A stretch of 63,813 nt of DNA, filler included, from Welwitschia mirabilis (Eukaryota), in assembly GCA_051453625.1 (NCBI GenBank). It is 7 parts of one record of this genome, joined end to end, with 100 filler letters (N's around TTAATTAATTAA, not from the genome) between each part and the next. Parts side by side here need not be neighbours in the genome. Positions count along the whole stretch, not along the records: positions 31,493 to 43,406 come from JBOZIK010000001.1; positions 43,507 to 44,768 come from JBOZIK010000001.1; positions 44,869 to 52,715 come from JBOZIK010000001.1; 4 more parts are not named here. One strand, 5' to 3'. Of this stretch, positions 36,190-48,078 are shown one piece after another; within the stretch, counting starts at the first letter, position 1, and each line of letters opens with the position of its first letter. Under the pieces are notes generated by a model, which saw nothing but the letters and a program-made list of their open reading frames with translations, was not told the origin of the DNA and did not search any database. The position numbers and the translations under genes are program-made.

Positions 36190-37896
36190 CTTTAGTTGCT
36201 TACTTGGATTTAGAGCTAAAACAATTAGATGTTAAAACAGCTTTTCTGAATGGGGACCTTGATGAAGAGACCTATTTGCATCAACCAAAGAGGTATCCAG
36301 ACTAGCAAAGTTCCAATCTGGATTGCAAGCTACAAAAGAGTTTTTATGGCTTGAAACAAGCTCCTAGACAGTGATATAAAAGGTTTAACATTCATGAAGC
36401 AACAGTCTTACCCGAGGAATCAGTTTGACCACTGTGTTTACTTCTCTGGAAATGTTACTAGTAAATTTGTCATGCTGCTTTTGTATGTAGATGACATGTT
36501 GGTTGCAGGGAATAATGTAACCTGAAATTAAACGTTTAAAAACCGCAATAAAGAAGAAATTTGAGATGAAAGATCTTGGGCAGGCTAATAAAATTTTGGG
36601 GATAATAATAATTAGAGACAAAAAGCAAAGTAAGGTGTGGCTCAACCAGAGTGATTATACTGACAAAGTTCTTCGGCGTTTTGGCATGTCAAATGCAAAA
36701 CCACTAAGCATACCATTAGTATCACATTTTAAGTTGTCAAAAGAGGATTGCCCACATTCAGATGAAGAATTTGCCAAAGTTGAAAAAGTTCCCTACCCTT
36801 TTGCAGTGGAATTTCTCATGTATGCAATGGAATGTACTCATCCTGATATTGCTTATGTTGTAGGTGTGGTCAACAAATTTATGACAAACTATAGTTGGAA
36901 CCACTAGCTAGTTGTTAAGTGGATTCTCAAATATCTGAAGACAACACAAAAAGACTGCTTATGCCTTGGGAATGGCAAGTTATCCATTCAAGGATTTGTG
37001 GATGCAAATTTTGTAGTAGACTTAGATAGTAGACGCTCTTCTATTGGGTATGCATTCACGCTTGCAGGGGCTGCAATTAGTTGGTTGTCTCGGTTGCAGC
37101 CGTTAGTGACTTTGTCCACCACTGAAGCAGAATATGTGGTGCTTACTGAAGCTTATAAGGAGATGATATTGTTATGAAGGTTTCTTGCATCTCTTGGTCT
37201 AACAAGGCAAATATTCTGTGTTTTGTGACAGTTGAAGTGCAATACATCTTGCTAGGAATTCAGCTTTTCATGCTAGGACAAAACACATTGATATCAGATT
37301 TCATTTTGTAAGAGAAATTCTTAAATGTGGGTTGGTTAACATTCAAAAGATTCATACGAAGTTTATTATTGTTGATTCTCTTACAAAGGTGGTGGCAATG
37401 GAGAAACATAACTTCTATAAAGGAAAACTTGGAATTGCCATAACTTGAGCAATGGGTAGCAAAGGGACACTTTGAAGCAATGCATCTCTTTTGATTCTTG
37501 GAGGCTGGTTAGATTTGTCTTCAAGCAGGAGAATTGTTGGAGTTGAAGTCAAATCCTCTTTTGTATCTTCTATTTATCCCTCATGGTAGCACTTTGTTTG
37601 TAAATTGTATTTCTCTTTTATATTATAAAGTGAGACGGGACTATATATAAAGTCAATGTAAAATTAGGGTTTTTAACCGAAAGTGACCCTATTTAAGAGG
37701 GAGGATCTTGAGGGAGGAGTAAGACATTTAGAACACTCTAGCTATTGAGACGGCTTGTGTCCTTGAACTATTTTTCTTGAAATATTAAGAGAGCTCTGCA
37801 TTGCTTGTGGTTTTTCCCCACATCAGGGTTTTCACATAAATTCCTGTGTCTTGTTTTGCTTCCTGTTTCTGTTGTTTTTTGCTGCTATTCTTAACA
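36190..37896 (+). mobile_element. Tork/Tnt1-like copia RT-RNase H, PPT and 3' LTR (37535-37896)
   Basis: QLDVKTAFLNGDLDEE, YGLKQAPRQ, LLLYVDDML, MKDLGQANKILGI, LSTTEAEYV, FHARTKHIDIRFHFVRE. PPT CAAGCAGGAGAAT precedes TGTTGG...TTAACA, which contains a TATA box. Confidence 0.9.
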
Positions 37897-38039
37897 GGTT
37901 CTGCTTCAAAAGGAAGAATGTAATCAATGGATGGAAATTCCTCCTCAGAAAGGCCCAGATCATTATCAATAAAGCATTGAGAATTTTCCAACAAGGGAAC
38001 TAAGAAAGAAGAAAAAGAGGATATAGAAAAAGAAACAAG

Positions 38040-38700
38040 TGAAAGGAAAGGCATTGACTTCATTGTTGAAATACATTTGGATTTTTCCAAAACGATAAAG
38101 ATCTTGACAAGCAGAGATCCACCATAGGTTATGCTATTATGCCTTTACTTTCATTGAAAGACCTGTTCAATTGTTATCTAAATGACAGTCTACAGTTGCC
38201 CTATTCACAACAGAGGTGGAGCACATGTAAGCTACAAAAGCAGCAAAGGAAGCCACATGGATCAAAGGCTTAGCAGATGGAATTCATGTGAAGCAAGATT
38301 GACACCAAGAACCAAGTCTTCCATGCTATATCCAAACATAACAATGTAAGGTATCATTACATCAAGGAGGTTATTACTCGAGCCAATTTTGCTTGGAGAG
38401 GCCTGACACGAAAAGAATGTTGTGGATGGGCTGACCCAGAATTTCATGGTTAATAAATTCAAGCTTTGCTTATATTTGTTAAATGTCATAAAGCACTAAT
38501 GCAAGACTGCCTCCTAAGGGATGGCAATGGAAGCTTTGCAAGAGATCCCCAACATGGCCAAATCGCAATTCAAGCAAAGTGGAGATTGTTCAAATATGTC
38601 TTGGAGTTCTACTCAAGTTATGAGACAACATCGTTGAAAATGGTGTTTCTGAAGCAAATGCATCTATTTGTGGGTTTTAGAGGTTTTGTGTCTTCATAGC
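38040..38700 (+). mobile_element. Degenerate copia RNase H fragment with PPT and LTR start
   Basis: VALFTTEVEH, ATKAAKEATWIK and SKHNNVRYHYI remnants; AAAGTGGAGAT followed by TGTT at 38587. Confidence 0.65.
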
Positions 38701-40584
38701 AAACATATGAGCTCCCCCATGGCATTTTTAAGCACATCCTACTATTGACTGGTGCAGTTTGAACCACATAAGACTAGTATAGATGTCCCAGTAGTCTTTG
38801 TAGTCTTCTAGATCACTTGAGATCATCCTACGGTTGGAATATGAGACACCAAAACTATATAGGATGCTCCACTATTGGAGTGTTGCATCTTGAAGTTTTA
38901 AAGGCATCACCCTATTGATTATAAGTGTTTTGCACATTTCATAATTTGTATAGGGTCCCCCACTGTGAGCAAATTCAGTTCTAAGCATGTCAGAAATGTT
39001 AGGAAGTCACATGGTTTGATGCAATCATGTAGGATTGTTAATGTTGTGAAAAGCACAGCAATAAAAAGAGAAAATATTGGCTTAGAAGAAAAGCTGACAG
39101 AAAGCAAAAGCACATCAGATTTACAATGTTTGGGTCCTTTCTACCCTACATCCTTGATATAGTGCAGAGCTATGGTGGCGTAATGTGGTCCAATGTGGAC
39201 ACATCATATCTTTTGTGCCATGGTTATGTGTTAAATTCATTGTCTAGAAAGTTGTAAGCTTAGGAAACTTTATATTAAGANNNNNNNNNNNNNNNNNNNN
39301 NNNNNNNNNNNNNNNNNNNNNNNNNNNNNNNNNNNNNNNNNNNNNNNNNNNNNNNNNNNNNNNNNNNNNNNNNNNNNNNNNNNNNNNNNNNNNNNNNNNN
39401 NNNNNNNNNNNNNNNNNNNNNNNNNNNNNNNNNNNNNNNNNNNNNNNNNNNNNNNNNNNNNNNNNNNNNNNNNNNNNNNNNNNNNNNNNNNNNNNNNNNN
39501 NNNNNNNNNNNNNNNNNNNNNNNNNNNNNNNNNNNNNNNNNNNNNNNNNNNNNNNNNNNNNNNNNNNNNNNNNNNNNNNNNNNNNNNNNNNNNNNNNNNN
39601 NNNNNNNNNNNNNNNNNNNNNNNNNNNNNNNNNNNNNNNNNNNNNNNNNNNNNNNNNNNNNNNNNNNNNNNNNNNNNNNNNNNNNNNNNNNNNNNNNNNN
39701 NNNNNNNNNNNNNNNNNNNNNNNNNNNNNNNNNNNNNNNNNNNNNNNNNNNNNNNNNNNNNNNNNNNNNNNNNNNNNNNNNNNNNNNNNNNNNNNNNNNN
39801 NNNNNNNNNNNNNNNNNNNNNNNNNNNNNNNNNNNNNNNNNNNNNNNNNNNNNNNNNNNNNNNNNNNNNNNNNNNNNNNNNNNNNNNNNNNNNNNNNNNN
39901 NNNNNNNNNNNNNNNNNNNNNNNNNNNNNNNNNNNNNNNNNNNNNNNNNNNNNNNNNNNNNNNNNNNNNNNNNNNNNNNNNNNNNNNNNNNNNNNNNNNN
40001 NNNNNNNNNNNNNNNNNNNNNNNNNNNNNNNNNNNNNNNNNNNNNNNNNNNNNNNNNNNNNNNNNNNNNNNNNNNNNNNNNNNNNNNNNNNNNNNNNNNA
40101 TTTTATGCCTGAAAGATTAGATAAGTTTAAATTCTTCACTGTTCCTGTTGCTTTATGCTTAGATAAGGCAATAAGCTTCATTCTCCATTTCAGATCATGT
40201 TTTGTTTAAATACTTCAAGATTGAAACATTAAAAGAATTAAATTGAGAAAGAACATGTAATTGAGTTGAAATAGAAGCATATTCCAATAAATAAGGAAGA
40301 TTTCAAGTTGTATTTGAAAGATTTAATCAAAGACTGAAGATCTTTGAAGCTTTGTGTAGAGATTTGATCATTTCAAAGTGTTATTGTGTCATTTTATCAA
40401 AAGAGGAAAAGATTTATGTATTTGAAGAAAGATCTTGAAAGAATGATAATTTTGTGGCTCCAAATTCATCTTTGAAGTGTTTTATTTGACCTAGATATGA
40501 TGGTAGATAACAAAGCCTTCAAATCTCACCATTAAAGCTTCGTTTTCGTGCTCTTTGGAACCTGTTTTTAAAGTCACTTGTAGC

Positions 40585-40990
40585 ATAGACGTCTGTCAAA
40601 AGATAGACATCTATAATCCACGAAATAGACATCTTTCATCCTCAAAGATGTCTTCACAAAACTCAGTCTTCAAGTCATTAAAAGGACAGACATGTCTTAA
40701 AGAGATAGAAATCTACAATCTACAAAATAGACGTCTTCCCCTTTAAACACGTCTTTACAGCACAGAAACATGATTACAGAGAACAGAGCTTTCAGGATCG
40801 ACATCTGACATATCAAAGACGTCTTCTATCAATTAACTGAATCCAGGAAAGACATCTGACAGGTCAAAGATGTTTGTGCTTCTCATAGACGTCTCAGAGA
40901 TGTCTTTCAACATCAAAGACATCTTCAACTCAAATAGCCAAAATCAACTACGCTCGCCAGGATTCCGATGACAAGCTCTGTCTATAAATA
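40585..40990 (+). repeat. Array of ~15 palindromic AGACGTCT/AGACATCT motifs upstream of a CTATAAATA box (LTR promoter-like)
   Basis: Repeated agacgtct, agacatct and agatgtct at ~15-60 bp spacing; TATA at ~40982. Confidence 0.75.
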
Positions 40991-43506
40991 TCAAAGATAG
41001 GGAGACAAGTCATGCACAAGTAGGTTTTTCAATCACTCTCTCACCATAAGGCACTATTCATTCTACACTAGCCACCCTCTTATAGATTACACATTAAGCA
41101 ACTTCATAACATTACAAAGAGGCAAGCCCTTTTATATTCAACATCGAAACAGAACGTAAATATAAGAATAAGTTGAAGGAAGAAGATTTTACTTCACGCC
41201 AACAATAAAGAAGGTAACACTATTGCTTAATATTATTTCAGGGCCTTCTAGTCTTCTATAAGGCTCTCTTCATTGACAGAAGGTGTTTCAAGCCAGCCAA
41301 GACCAGTACAAGGTGTCCTGACTATTGCTAGGAATATTTCCTAACACACAAGATTTCTTAAGGGCATTCCCCTATTGGGAATACAACACTTCATGATGTA
41401 TTAAGGTTGTCCCACTATTAACGTGATTCAGACCCTTTTGGAAATTACAGGCCATCTTAGTACTGTCAAAAGTAGTTTTTACTTTTTAGCACACGAGATT
41501 TCTTAGGGGCATCACTTAACTAGATCACCCACTACTGAAGGATAGTGATTTAGACACTTCCAGATGTGGACAGGGTGCCCACCACTTAAGAACAGTACAG
41601 GCACTATCATTAGAAGCAACATTTAGCACACCACATTTCTTAAAGGTGCCCCATTATTGGATTTAGTCATCCGAGACATGTCAAGTGTGTCCTATTTTCC
41701 AATATGGTCTTCCAGCTATGGGAATGTATTTCTCTTAAAAAAAACCACTCCACAAATTTTATTTCTTTTGTTAAACTAGAATTCATCTTATTGATAAGAA
41801 AACATTGATTAGCAGCAAACTCTTTGAGGCTATGCCTGATCTCATCAAGGATAGCATACAATGTGGCTTTCTATCCCTCTCTCTTTCAAGGGTCTGTTTT
41901 GTGGTTTAAAATTGAAATACTCTAAATATAATTTAATTCTCTCTAATTCCAAAATGCATGTTGCAATGTTCAAAAAGCCATAGAAAGACCCTATATGGCA
42001 ACATTATACATAGTCAATTCTTAGAAATTCCAATATCATTACATGCAATTACTACCAAATCACATCTTGTGGTATCATGCACTGAATGAAGTATTAGGTT
42101 GGTAAATTGCCCAAACACGACATCCTGCCCTGTCCTAGGTTAGACAGCCTTAGTATGATGAAGGGTATGCATACTTGAAAAGAACAAAAGACTAGAAGCA
42201 CAATAAGCAAAACCGATTCATCTTTTAACATAAGAGACAAAGGGAGAGGGTTGATTGTGGTTCAATGAGTAAGCACAAAACCTCCATGTAGAGAGTCAAA
42301 AAGGGGATGATTGAAGCTACAAGTGTATGATTGGATTATTAAGGATGCATGCTTGAATTAGCCTTATCAAGACTTCTAGTGCTAGCCACAATCCAAGTCC
42401 CCTTCCACTTTCTTAACTCACAATTCGATCATCTTCTTAGAGGTTGAAGTCTTCATATCATTTCACTCGTGGCAAGCTTGCTATTTTATTGCCTTCACAT
42501 CATAGCCCTGGCACAAAACAAATGGTTCTAACTAGCATGTGTGCTTAAGAGGATCCTTGATTTACTCAGAATAAGGCTTGTAAAGGGTATTAATGGTGGA
42601 AACCAAGTGTGCCTTACTAGGATTTTTAGGAACAAAGAGCACATGAAACCAAAGAGAAATGAAGTATTCAAAAAGAGCTTCTTAATTACATCAAAATAAA
42701 CAATTAAGGGGTTTGAGCATGAATCTGCGAGATTTGGTCAAGATCAGGAAGTGAAAGAGAAAAATCAAGTTAATGTATGCATTGTAAAATCATGGCTACA
42801 TGCTATCACTAGGGGACAATTTGCTAATGCCTTTAATCAACAAAAGCCAAGCTCATCGCTGCATAACATCACTAACAGTGACCTAAAGATACCTTTAGCT
42901 GACAACACCTAAAGCTATCACAACTTGGCATTCCTACGTGACTCTACCCAGTGATGCCTTCTAGCCACTAGAATCAAAAGTCTCACTACTTGTGATCACC
43001 TCGCAACGTAATTAGCAAAGAGAGTTACGTAACTAATTCATGAAATTTAACATGCTAGTCAAATTAATTGTAATGAAACCTAAATGAAAGAAGTTGTAAC
43101 TTATCTTCCAAGCTCCTTTGGCCATCAAAAGCTCTTTAAGCAAGGCACTTGTCCTTGCAAATCATCTTTTCTTACCACTTTGATGATGCAAAAGAAGTAT
43201 CAAGTATCACAAAGGTCATTGGGAAGCATTGTGTTGGAAGTGAAGCCAAATCTCTTGATGTTATTTATTCCTTTATAGTGTGACTTTACATATTTTATAT
43301 AATCGCTTTCCTTGTTGTAATATTAAAAGGAAAAAGCGAAGTTAAATGGGGTCATCTAGAAAGTTCTAGAAGTTAGGGTTAGGGTTTCTACCCTAAAAGA
43401 AAATCTNNNNNNNNNNNNNNNNNNNNNNNNNNNNNNNNNNNNNNNNNNNNTTAATTAATTAANNNNNNNNNNNNNNNNNNNNNNNNNNNNNNNNNNNNNN
43501 NNNNNN

Positions 43507-43726
43507 TTTTATAACAAATTAAAAAATTTTAAAGTTTGAAGACCTTTTTGAGAGAGATTTTGGTAGAAAATAGCCAAAAAGTCCACAAAAGTCATCAAAA
43601 AAAGTTGGCCACTAGTTGCCTTTTAATCGGTAGGAAAAGTCGGCAAGACTCAAAAAAAGTCGGCTTCATTAAGTCTGGGCTACTAGTCGCCCATGAGGCT
43701 ACTAGTCGTCTCCTTTTTAATCACTG
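43507..43726. mobile_element. hAT-like transposon end inserted in a copia LTR
   Basis: Ends ...TTTTAATCACTG (CAGTGATT on the minus strand) with repeated ACTAGTCG/AAGTCGGC subterminal motifs; abuts a linker gap. Confidence 0.5.
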
Positions 43727-44214
43727 GGTAGGGTTCACACAAGTGTGCCACAACCATTTGATCACTCAATTACAATCTAACAGTTCAGAGTAAAGCAAGA
43801 GAAAAGAAAATTAAAGCTAATACATAAATATAACATGTGCCAAAAAAAGTCAAGTGGCACAATGATTTGACTTCAAATCAACAATCTCCCACTTGAAGGC
43901 AAATCATCCAACCTCTAAATGATCAACAATAGCACAAGATGCATCATTCTCTAGTGCTATCAAATTACGTCTCTACCAGTCTGAAATGCCTTTAGCACAT
44001 CTAATGCTTCTCTACATGAACAATCTTTGTCAGCATATCAGCCAAAGTGTGGATTTTATCCACTTGCATATGTTTGTGCTCCAATGCTTGTCAAATGAAG
44101 TGGTATCGAACCTCTATATGCTTCGTCTAGGAGTGAAAAACCGCATTCTTTACTAAGTGAATCGCACTCTCATTATCACGGTGCATAACATATTTCTCTT
44201 GCTTTACCCCAAAC

Positions 44215-44768
44215 CAGTGTTACCAGAATCGCGGCGAGTCCTGCAAGTCTCGTGAGTCCGCAAGTTTGCGGCTCGTCGCGAGTCTACATTTGCGAACTCG
44301 CAGAGACGAGCCCAGCGGTCGAGGACTCGCGAGTGCGAGTCCGCGACCGCCGAACTCGCGTTTAGATAAAAAAACAGAGCTGTGTTTAGCAAACAAAAAA
44401 AGCCAAAAATAATTTTCTGTCATATTCTATCATTTTTTCTAGACTTGCAACCGCCTGGGACCTCCCATCTTCTGAAAGTTTTCTATGATTAATGTTTCTT
44501 CAAGGTCTATCTGATTTTCCTGTATTATTGATTCTTCTTGGGTTGTTAATTCTTGTTGTACCCATTCATAAGCAAAGTTCTTGAAAGATTAAAACCAGCA
44601 TTCTAAACGAATGTTAGAATCTATCTTGTACCATGATTGTGAGATCTCCCTCTGATTTGTTATCTGATTAATCATACCAAGTGAGTGCTATAGTAAAACC
44701 TGCATTCTGAATTGTATCTTCCAATGAAGTTTATGAAGTTACTGTAATGGTTCAAATATCACGATTTG
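44215..44768 (+). mobile_element. Non-autonomous hAT-like element, left part, copy 1
   Basis: Starts CAGTGTTACC; CpG-rich GAGTCC/ACTCGC subterminal motifs; interrupts copia RNase H; about 90% identical by eye to 46651-47230. Confidence 0.7.
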
Positions 44769-44869
44769 NNNNNNNNNNNNNNNNNNNNNNNNNNNNNNNN
44801 NNNNNNNNNNNNTTAATTAATTAANNNNNNNNNNNNNNNNNNNNNNNNNNNNNNNNNNNNNNNNNNNNA

Positions 44870-45150
44870 CCTAGCCCTTGTTTCCATAATAACACAACAT
44901 CTTGTGATCTCCATTCTGTCCCTTGTTCATGCCATAAGCACACTGGAAGGCCTACAATATGAATCCAGATTGGAAGATAAAGGGAAGCTTCTTCATTAAA
45001 GTTTGAAGTGGGATCCCAAGCAACTATATGAACACCACGACGACACTAAAAGGTAAACAAAATATCTACTCAAAACCAAAGTCAAAAATGAAGCTTTCAT
45101 TCCTAAATTTCTTCACTAAACGCAAACCCTAGTTTTATTTCCATTTCTCT
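44870..45150 (-). mobile_element. L1 LINE ORF1 (DUF4283-like) fragment
   Basis: Minus frame GVHIVAWDPTSNFNEEASLYLPIWIHIVGLP matches the W.P...P.W....LP pattern of plant L1 ORF1. Confidence 0.6.
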
Positions 45151-45184
45151 AGAGCATATGATTTTAGTCATCACAAATACTCTT

Positions 45185-46030
45185 TGGTAATGATTACAAC
45201 ATATTTGAAACTCCAAAACCTTATTGTATGTAATTTTAAAGTTGTATAAAGAGGTATGTATCCATCTCATAGATAGTGTTTCTCATGAAATCCTGATCTT
45301 TCATAATTCTATTGGTACTAAGCAAGGTTGTCCTCTCTCTCCTACACTTTTGAAAACTTTTTATTGATGAATTAGAGGCATGGATAAATCAAATCCTCCC
45401 TAATCACTCTATACAACTAGGGAACAGTCTTGTAAATCTCTAGCTCTTATAAATTAGCAGGGGTGTTAAATTTCTTAAGAAGGAAAATAAATCATATTTA
45501 AATAATTATATATTGATTATAATTAGCAACCATTTTGCAAAACTCCTAAGAACTATTATTTAAGCCAAGATTAATAAATGGGCAGTGGAAAGTGAACTTC
45601 AGGCAATTTCTCCAACAGGTGTTCGACAATATCAGTCTACAATAGATCATGCTATCACCTTCAAGTAAGTTATCAACAAAGGTAAAGATCTAAATAAAGA
45701 CATTCATTTGTTTCGTAGATTTCTCTAAAGCATTTGATTCGATCATCGCAAATAAACTTGGGCAATGATTACAACATATTTGAAACTCTAACAACTTTAT
45801 TGTCTGCAATTTAAAGAAGTATGTATCCATCTCCTAGATAGTGTTTCTCACAGAATCCAAATGTGGTATTAGGCAAGGTTGTCCTCTCTCACCTACATTC
45901 TTGAAAAAAAATTTATTGATGAATTAAAGGCTTGGATACATAAAATCTTCCCTAGTCACTTTATCCAACTAGGGAACTATCATGTAAATCTCTTGGTCTT
46001 TGTAGATGATGCTACATTCATTTCTAGAAG
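45185..46030 (+). mobile_element. Non-L1 (RTE-like) LINE RT remnant with a duplicated segment
   Basis: FVDFSKAFDSI, G(T/I)(K/R)QGCPLSPT twice (~45315 and ~45865) and LLVFVDD. 45186-45440 is homologous to 45760-45993. Confidence 0.7.
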
Positions 46031-46650
46031 AAAGCAAAGTGAAGGCTAGAAATTGTTTCCTCTTAAAATTACTTAGGATTGGAATGCTCTAATAACTTTA
46101 GATGACATAAATACATCGCTCAAAGAGTCACTAGTGGTATACAAGCCTTATTTGCTTTGAAAAACAAATCTAAAAAAGAGGCAATTTTGTATCAGATGTT
46201 CATAGAAAACTTTTACGCATTGTTATTAAACCAATACCTCTATTAGATTGTGTTGCATCAAGCCCTAGGTTAGTAGATAAACACTAAAAAGAAATAGAGA
46301 AAGTTTAAAAAGAGTTATTAGTAAAAGAATTTGAGCTAAAACACCTAACACAGTATGATATTATGCTTCTTAATACTGAGTTGATGCTTTTGAAGGTAGA
46401 AACTATTTATCAATTTGTAGCTTATACTCCTAATCTCTTAAATTCCATTGCTAAGAAATTTTACATAAAGGTGTTCCACGTGACTCAAGAAAAATGTTGG
46501 TTGTATCAAAAAAAGATTTGGCTTAAAAATGCAACATTCAAGAACAAATTCTTCATTGTGATCCTAAACAATTTCAAACAATTATAAAACAAAAAACACT
46601 TCCAAGGCATTTGGGAAAACATAGATCGAAAAAAGCAATTTTATTTAAAG

Positions 46651-48078
46651 TACTGTTACTAGACTCACGGCGAGTCCAGCGAGTCTCGCGAGTCCGCGAG
46701 TTTGCGGCTCGTCGCGAGTCTGCATTTGCGAACTCGCAGAGACAAGTCCGGCGGTCGAGTCCTGTGAGTTGGGCGAGTCCGCGACCGCGGGACTCGCGTT
46801 TAGATTGAAAACAGAGCCACGTTTAGAAAACAAAAAAAGCCAAAAATAATTTTCTGTCATATTCTATGGTTAATGTTTTCTGAAAGTTTGCTATCATATT
46901 TTCTAGACTCGCAACAGTCTGGGACCTCGCATCTTCTAAAAGTTTTCTATAGTCAATGTTTCTTCAAGGTCTAGCTGATTTTCCTGTATTATTGATTCTT
47001 CTTGGGCTGTTCTTCTTGTTGTACCCATTCATAACCAAAGTTCTTGAAAGATTAAAATCAGTATTCTAAACGAATGTTAGAATCTGTCGTGTACCATGAT
47101 TGTGAGATCTCCCTCTGATTTGTTATCTGATTAATCATACCAAGTGAGTGCTAGAGTAAAACCTGCATTCTGAATTGTATCTTCCAATGAAGTTTATGAA
47201 GTTACTGTAATGGTTCAAATATCACGATTTGCATGCTGGATGGCTGATATATTTTATCCGTTAAGCAGTTCTATGTGTGTCAACTAGTATTGAGAATCCT
47301 TTGAAACCCATACTTTTATTCATTTAATGTTAATTCTTACTATTTATCCAAATTTCTCCTTGCAAAGTATGTAATTTTGCTTTTAATGTTTACATCTGTC
47401 TATAAGAGATTTTGCTTTAATATGTTTCCTTAAGAGCCTATAGATTTTAGATGCATTTATCTAATTTTGGGTAGAATAATCACTACCTAAATAAACCCAC
47501 AGGTGAGTTCATCTCTTTTATGATTTTTCCCTCCTAAAGGCCATGATTCTTACCCATATACTTCAGCAAGGTCTTAATGAATTAAATGTTTTCCTTGATT
47601 TTTAGTTTCTATGGTTGGAAGTACCAATCATATGGATATTTGACATACTATAATAGGAACATAAGAATTCAAAGAAATATTACCACATTTTCCCATATTG
47701 TTGGCTAATTCAAATGTTTACTTGTTGCTTTTTTTAAGATGGAAAAAAAAATCTTATTCTAGGGTGAAATGCTGAAATACACGCATATGAAAGAGACACA
47801 TGTAACCTGAAGTGACAAACATAGTTATTTGTTTCATTAATATTTAATATGGTGTATTCCAACACTTTTCTAGTATTTAGAAATGCTCTATGCCTTAGCT
47901 GAATGCATACAAATTCTTTTTTCTTCCAAAAAGTATATGAAAACCCAAACTCTTTTGGCCTTCCCGAGTTTCTGCCGAGTTTCGTCGAGTTTGCCGAGTT
48001 TTGGCTAACAAGTCCAAGTCCAGGTAGCCAAATGAGTTTGGTGCCGAGTCCGAGTTTGGTAGCCAAACGAGTTTGGGG
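46651..48078 (+). mobile_element. Non-autonomous hAT-like element, copy 2 (~1.4 kb)
   Basis: Starts TACTGTTACT with the same CpG-rich left end and an AT-rich interior. The right end has CCGAGTTT repeats but no intact TIR. Confidence 0.7.

Noticed and set aside
39270..40181. 303-aa ORF and other X-rich ORFs
   Set aside because: Read-through of N runs.
43372..43398. TTAGGG-like telomeric repeats
   Set aside because: Only about two units; such telo-box-like motifs are common in plant LTRs and promoters.
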